Shown here: positions 60,561 to 64,000 of the stretch, piece after piece
Numbering within the stretch: the stretch's first letter is position 1
How the letters are laid out: every line of letters starts with the position of its first letter
Assembly: GCA_000388065.2 (NCBI GenBank)
Contig: KB932203.1
Direction: 5' to 3' (one strand)
Length of the DNA: 64,000 nucleotides
Source of the DNA: Fonticula alba ATCC 38817
Lineage: Eukaryota > Protista > Nucleariida
The notes under the pieces: generated by a model
Told to the model about the DNA's origin: nothing
Database searches by the model: none
The model's input: the letters and a program-made list of their open reading frames with translations, nothing else
Program-made: the position numbers and the translations under genes

Positions 60561-61740
60561 TTAGTTGAAAAGCAGCGAGCCGTCAGTCGGCTGGAGGAGC
60601 CCAGTGTAGACGGCCACAGCGTCCACCAGGTTCATGAGAGAAAGGCCACCAAAAGTCAGCAGCTTGAGGAACCCGTAGCCGATGTGGCCCAGGTAGAAGC
60701 GGTCGGCACCGGTCGGCCCAAGAAGGAAACTTCGCATGCCGGGACGAGGGGAGAGGAGCGGGGGGAGGAGATAGGGGGGAGGAGATAGGGGGGGGGGGGG
60801 GAGGGACGAAGTCATCAGTAGGTGCCAGGAGCTGACAGGGGAAGAGCGGAGGCCGGGGCAGTGTGGGCGGCGGAGGGAAACCCCAGGAGGAAGGACATAC
60901 CTCAGCGCAAGGGTGGTCATCTGGTTGGCACCGCCCTGGTTGATCCATGTGCACGGACGGAAGGAGTCGAAGGAGCGCCGTCCGAGGCAGGCCTGGGTGC
61001 CGATGGCTGGTTCGCAAATGTGCCACGCATAATGGTGGTCTCGCAGGAGGGAGTTGCACGCAGGCTTCCGAGCCCCGGGGTCCGGGTTCTCCTGGTGGCG
61101 GTACTGCGGGTCCTGGGCGAAAACCATCGGCGAGGCTGGCAGGTCATCCGAATTGGCTGGCCGGCAGTGGAGCAGGTGTGCCGGCAATTGGTGGCAGAAG
61201 AGGCAGGGGGATTCGCGCTGGACCGTGCGTGGGCCCTGTGTACGCCTGGTCAGCTGGGGTCCGGTTATGGTGGGACCAGGAGCGGGGCGAGGGGAGCATG
61301 GACGACGCACAGTGCAGGCCACATGCGGCAAGGCGGTGCAGGAAACGGTGGCCTGCTCGACACCATATGCGCAAGAGGGGCTGGGCTCACACTCGAGCTG
61401 GAAGGGGTGGAGGGAGTCACACTGTGTGTGTGTTTGTATGTGTACATGTCAAGGGGTGAAGAAGGATCGACGGAGGGAGGGAGGGGGTGAGCATCGAGGC
61501 CGGGAAGGAGCACGCAGGGGCAAAAGGAAAGGTGCGCACAGCAGGGATCGACAGGGCAGCGAAGGCGCTGGCCGAGGTCATGGAGTCATGCGGCCGGGTC
61601 GCAGATTGGGCCATCGCTGGCGTGGCCGGATTAACCAATAGCACCAGCAACAGACCCGCAAGTGCCGGGAGCAGGGCAAACGGAGGGCACCATGGGCGGA
61701 GGCTGTGGCCGAAAGGCGCGGGAGGCGCTTCTGAAGGCAT
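60561..61740 (-). CDS. TM2D: TM2 domain-containing protein (TM2D2/TM2D3/almondex-like) with signal peptide; 3 exons
   Basis: Hydrophobic signal (FALLPALAGLLLVLLV), Cys-rich ectodomain (CLFC..C..CNSL..CEP..G..CLGRRSF..RPC), TM2 domain TTLAL|SFLLGPTGADRFYLGHIGYGFLKLLTFGGL..LVDAV..GLLQPTDGS. TAA at 60561-60563. Confidence 0.85.
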
Positions 61741-62903
61741 AGGGAGAGGCCGAGGCAAAGGCAGGGAGAGGCAGGGAGAGGCAGCGGGGGGNNNNNNNNN
61801 NNNNNNNNNNNNNNNNNNNNNNNNNNNNNNNNNNNNNNNNNNNNNNNNNNNNNNNNNNNNNNNNNNNNNNNNNNNNNNNNNNNNNNNNNNNNNNNNNNNN
61901 NNNNNNNNNNNNNNNNNNNNNNNNNNNNNNNNNNNNNNNNNNNNNNNNNNNNNNNNNNNNNNNNNNNNNNNNNNNNNNNNNNNNNNNNNNNNNNNNNNNN
62001 NNNNNNNNNNNNNNNNNNNNNNNNNNNNNNNNNNNNNNNNNNNNNNNNNNNNNNNNNNNNNNNNNNNNNNNNNNNNNNNNNNNNNNNNNNNNNNNNNNNN
62101 NNNNNNNNNNNNNNNNNNNNNNNNNNNNNNNNNNNNNNNNNNNNNNNNNNNNATGGTATCTCCCCCTCCAGGGTGTGTGTGGCCCCGCAGCCGGCCCGCC
62201 CCCGCCCCCCCCCCCCCCCTCCCCCCCCCCCCCCCCCCCCCCCCCCCCCGCCCCTGCCACCTTGCGGATGGCCCCTGGTCCTTTGGCGGGCCGGTTGACC
62301 GGGAGCCGGTGCGGACGGACGGTTGGCAGTAGGCCCCGGCCCCGGCCGCTCCCACCCGCCTGAGCCGCCCTTCTCAGATGCCCCCCCTAAAAAACAACAA
62401 ACACAAAGCCCACCACGATCAGGCGGAATCGCCGACCTGCGTGCCTTGCCTGCGAGCGTGTTTGTGTGCGTGCGCCTCTGCAGGCAGGCCACGAGAAAGG
62501 GGGCCCCTGGGAAGAATGTGTCCGACGAGCGGAGAAAGGCCGAACGAGCGAGGAGTAAGGGACCGGCGGCAGCCCTTTCGCTCCCTGCGCTTGGAGACAC
62601 AAACACCAAGCATCAAAGGAGTCCGCGTGGCATCCTGGCAGAGTGTATCTTGCGACATGCCCCCCCCCCCCTTCTCGATGTAATGCAAGCATCCATGCAC
62701 ATAGGCGTGTGTATTCCTTTACCACTCGCATATTTACGCTGCCGGGCCCTCTCTCCCTCCCTCTCACCCTCTCTCTGCCTCTCTGGCCCTTCAGAAGGAT
62801 ACGCGAAAACGGCCCAACCAAACAAAAGGAGGATACACAGGGAAAGGGAAAGGGTGTAATGGAGGAGGAGGGGGAGGGGGGAGGAAAGGGAAAGCCCATG
62901 CCC

Positions 62904-63944
62904 TTAAGCCTGCTGGGCAGCCTCGAGAGCGTGGCGCAGGTCCTCAACCAGGTCCACGGCATCCTCAATGCCGCAAGACAGGCGGATGAGGGTGTCGGTG
63001 ATGCCGAGGGTGGCGCGCTCCTCCGGGGTCAGGGCAGCGTGGGTCATGACGGAGGGCAGCTCGGCGAGGGACTCGACACCACCAAGAGACTCGGCCAGGG
63101 CGAAGATGCGAGTGTGCTGGAAGAAGCGAGTGGCGGTGGCCAGGTCGCCCTTGATGCGGAAGCTGACCATGCCACCGAAGCCGGACTGCTGGCGAGCGGC
63201 GATCTCGTGCTGCGGGTGCGAGGCGAGACCCGGGTAGATGACCTCATCGACCAGGGGCGAGGCGGCCAGGAAGTTGGCCACGGCGATGGCGTTCTTCTGG
63301 TGCTGCTCCATGCGCACGTGCAGGGTCTTCAGGCCGCGGTTGGCCAGGAAGCAATCGAAGGCCGAGGGGACGGCACCGATGGCGTTCTGCAGGAACTTGA
63401 GCTTCTGGAAGAGGGCATCGTCGTTCATGGCCAGGGCGCCCATGACGGCGTCCGAATGGCCGTTCAGGTACTTGGTGACCGAGTGCAGGACGATGTCGGC
63501 ACCGAGCTTCAGCGGGTTCTGGAAGTAGGGCGACAGGAAGGTGTTGTCGATGACGAGGATGGCCTGGGGGGCATGCTCGCGGACGAGGGCCGCCACGGCG
63601 GCGATGTCGATCACACGCAGGGTCGGGTTGGTGGGAGTCTCAATCCAGACGACCTTGGTGTTGGGGCGGACCGAGGCGGGCAGAGCCGAGGCCTCGGTGA
63701 TGTCGACGAAGGTGGTCTCGATGCCGTGGGGCTTGGCAACGCGAGTGAAGTAGCGGTTGGTGCCGCCGTACACGTCGTTCACGGAGATGAGGTGGTCACC
63801 GGGGGAGAACATGTTGACGATGGTGGCGATGGCCGCAGAGCCGGAGGAGAAGGCCAGGCCGTGCTTGGCGCCCTCGAGCGAGGCGACAGCCTGCTCGAAG
63901 GCAATGCGAGTGGGGTTGCCGGAGCGGGAATAGTCGTACGGGCC
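62904..63944 (-). CDS. CTH: Cystathionine gamma-lyase (PLP-dependent), last exon; upstream exon(s) outside the window
   Basis: GPYDYSRSGNPTR, FSSGSAA, DVYGGTNRYF, VWIETPTNPTLRV, VIDNTF.SPYFQNPL, PLP lysine motif HSVTKYLNGHSD, LAESLGGVESL, IRLSCGIED. CAG acceptor at 63947-63945. Confidence 0.96.
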   Translation of the reverse strand, partial: GPYDYSRSGNPTRIAFEQAVASLEGAKHGLAFSSGSAAIATIVNMFSPGDHLISVNDVYGGTNRYFTRVAKPHGIETTFVDITEASALPASVRPNTKVVWIETPTNPTLRVIDIAAVAALVREHAPQAILVIDNTFLSPYFQNPLKLGADIVLHSVTKYLNGHSDAVMGALAMNDDALFQKLKFLQNAIGAVPSAFDCFLANRGLKTLHVRMEQHQKNAIAVANFLAASPLVDEVIYPGLASHPQHEIAARQQSGFGGMVSFRIKGDLATATRFFQHTRIFALAESLGGVESLAELPSVMTHAALTPEERATLGITDTLIRLSCGIEDAVDLVEDLRHALEAAQQA

Positions 63945-64000
63945 CTGCGTGGGGGAGGGGGGAGGGGGAGAGGAGGGAGGGGGAAGGGGCAGGCGGGGTC

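Overview
This is 64 kb of GC-rich, intron-dense eukaryotic genomic DNA from a draft assembly with 12 N-gaps, most flanked by G/C homopolymers or microsatellites. The gene mix suggests a unicellular opisthokont, possibly Fonticula-like (inference only). Most ORFs in the six-frame track are antisense or low-complexity artefacts, so spliced genes were rebuilt by hand from GT...AG junctions. Genes in order: CCS copper chaperone (+), Ran (-), TSR1 (-), TCD1/2-like ThiF enzyme (+), five intron-containing tRNA-Tyr(GTA), eIF3j (+), an LRR-paracaspase-like fusion gene (+), ATAD3 (-), GH5 EGCrP-like glycosylceramidase (+), short-tailed myosin I (-), GNAT acetyltransferase (+), RNase P/MRP subunit RPP30 (-), APC6/CDC16 (+), TM2D-like protein (-) and cystathionine gamma-lyase (-, 5' part outside the window). 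Two things stand out. (1) At 23810-28967 a 14-exon gene (~1126 aa) joins about 13 LRRs, most on their own phase-1 exon, to a C-terminal paracaspase-type protease with an intact His/Cys dyad, a candidate sensor-protease. (2) At ~47580-49075 a diverged tandem repeat of a ~630-nt structured unit carries a type III hammerhead ribozyme motif on the minus strand, a candidate retrozyme or viroid-like element. No CRISPR array, rRNA or transposase was recognised.
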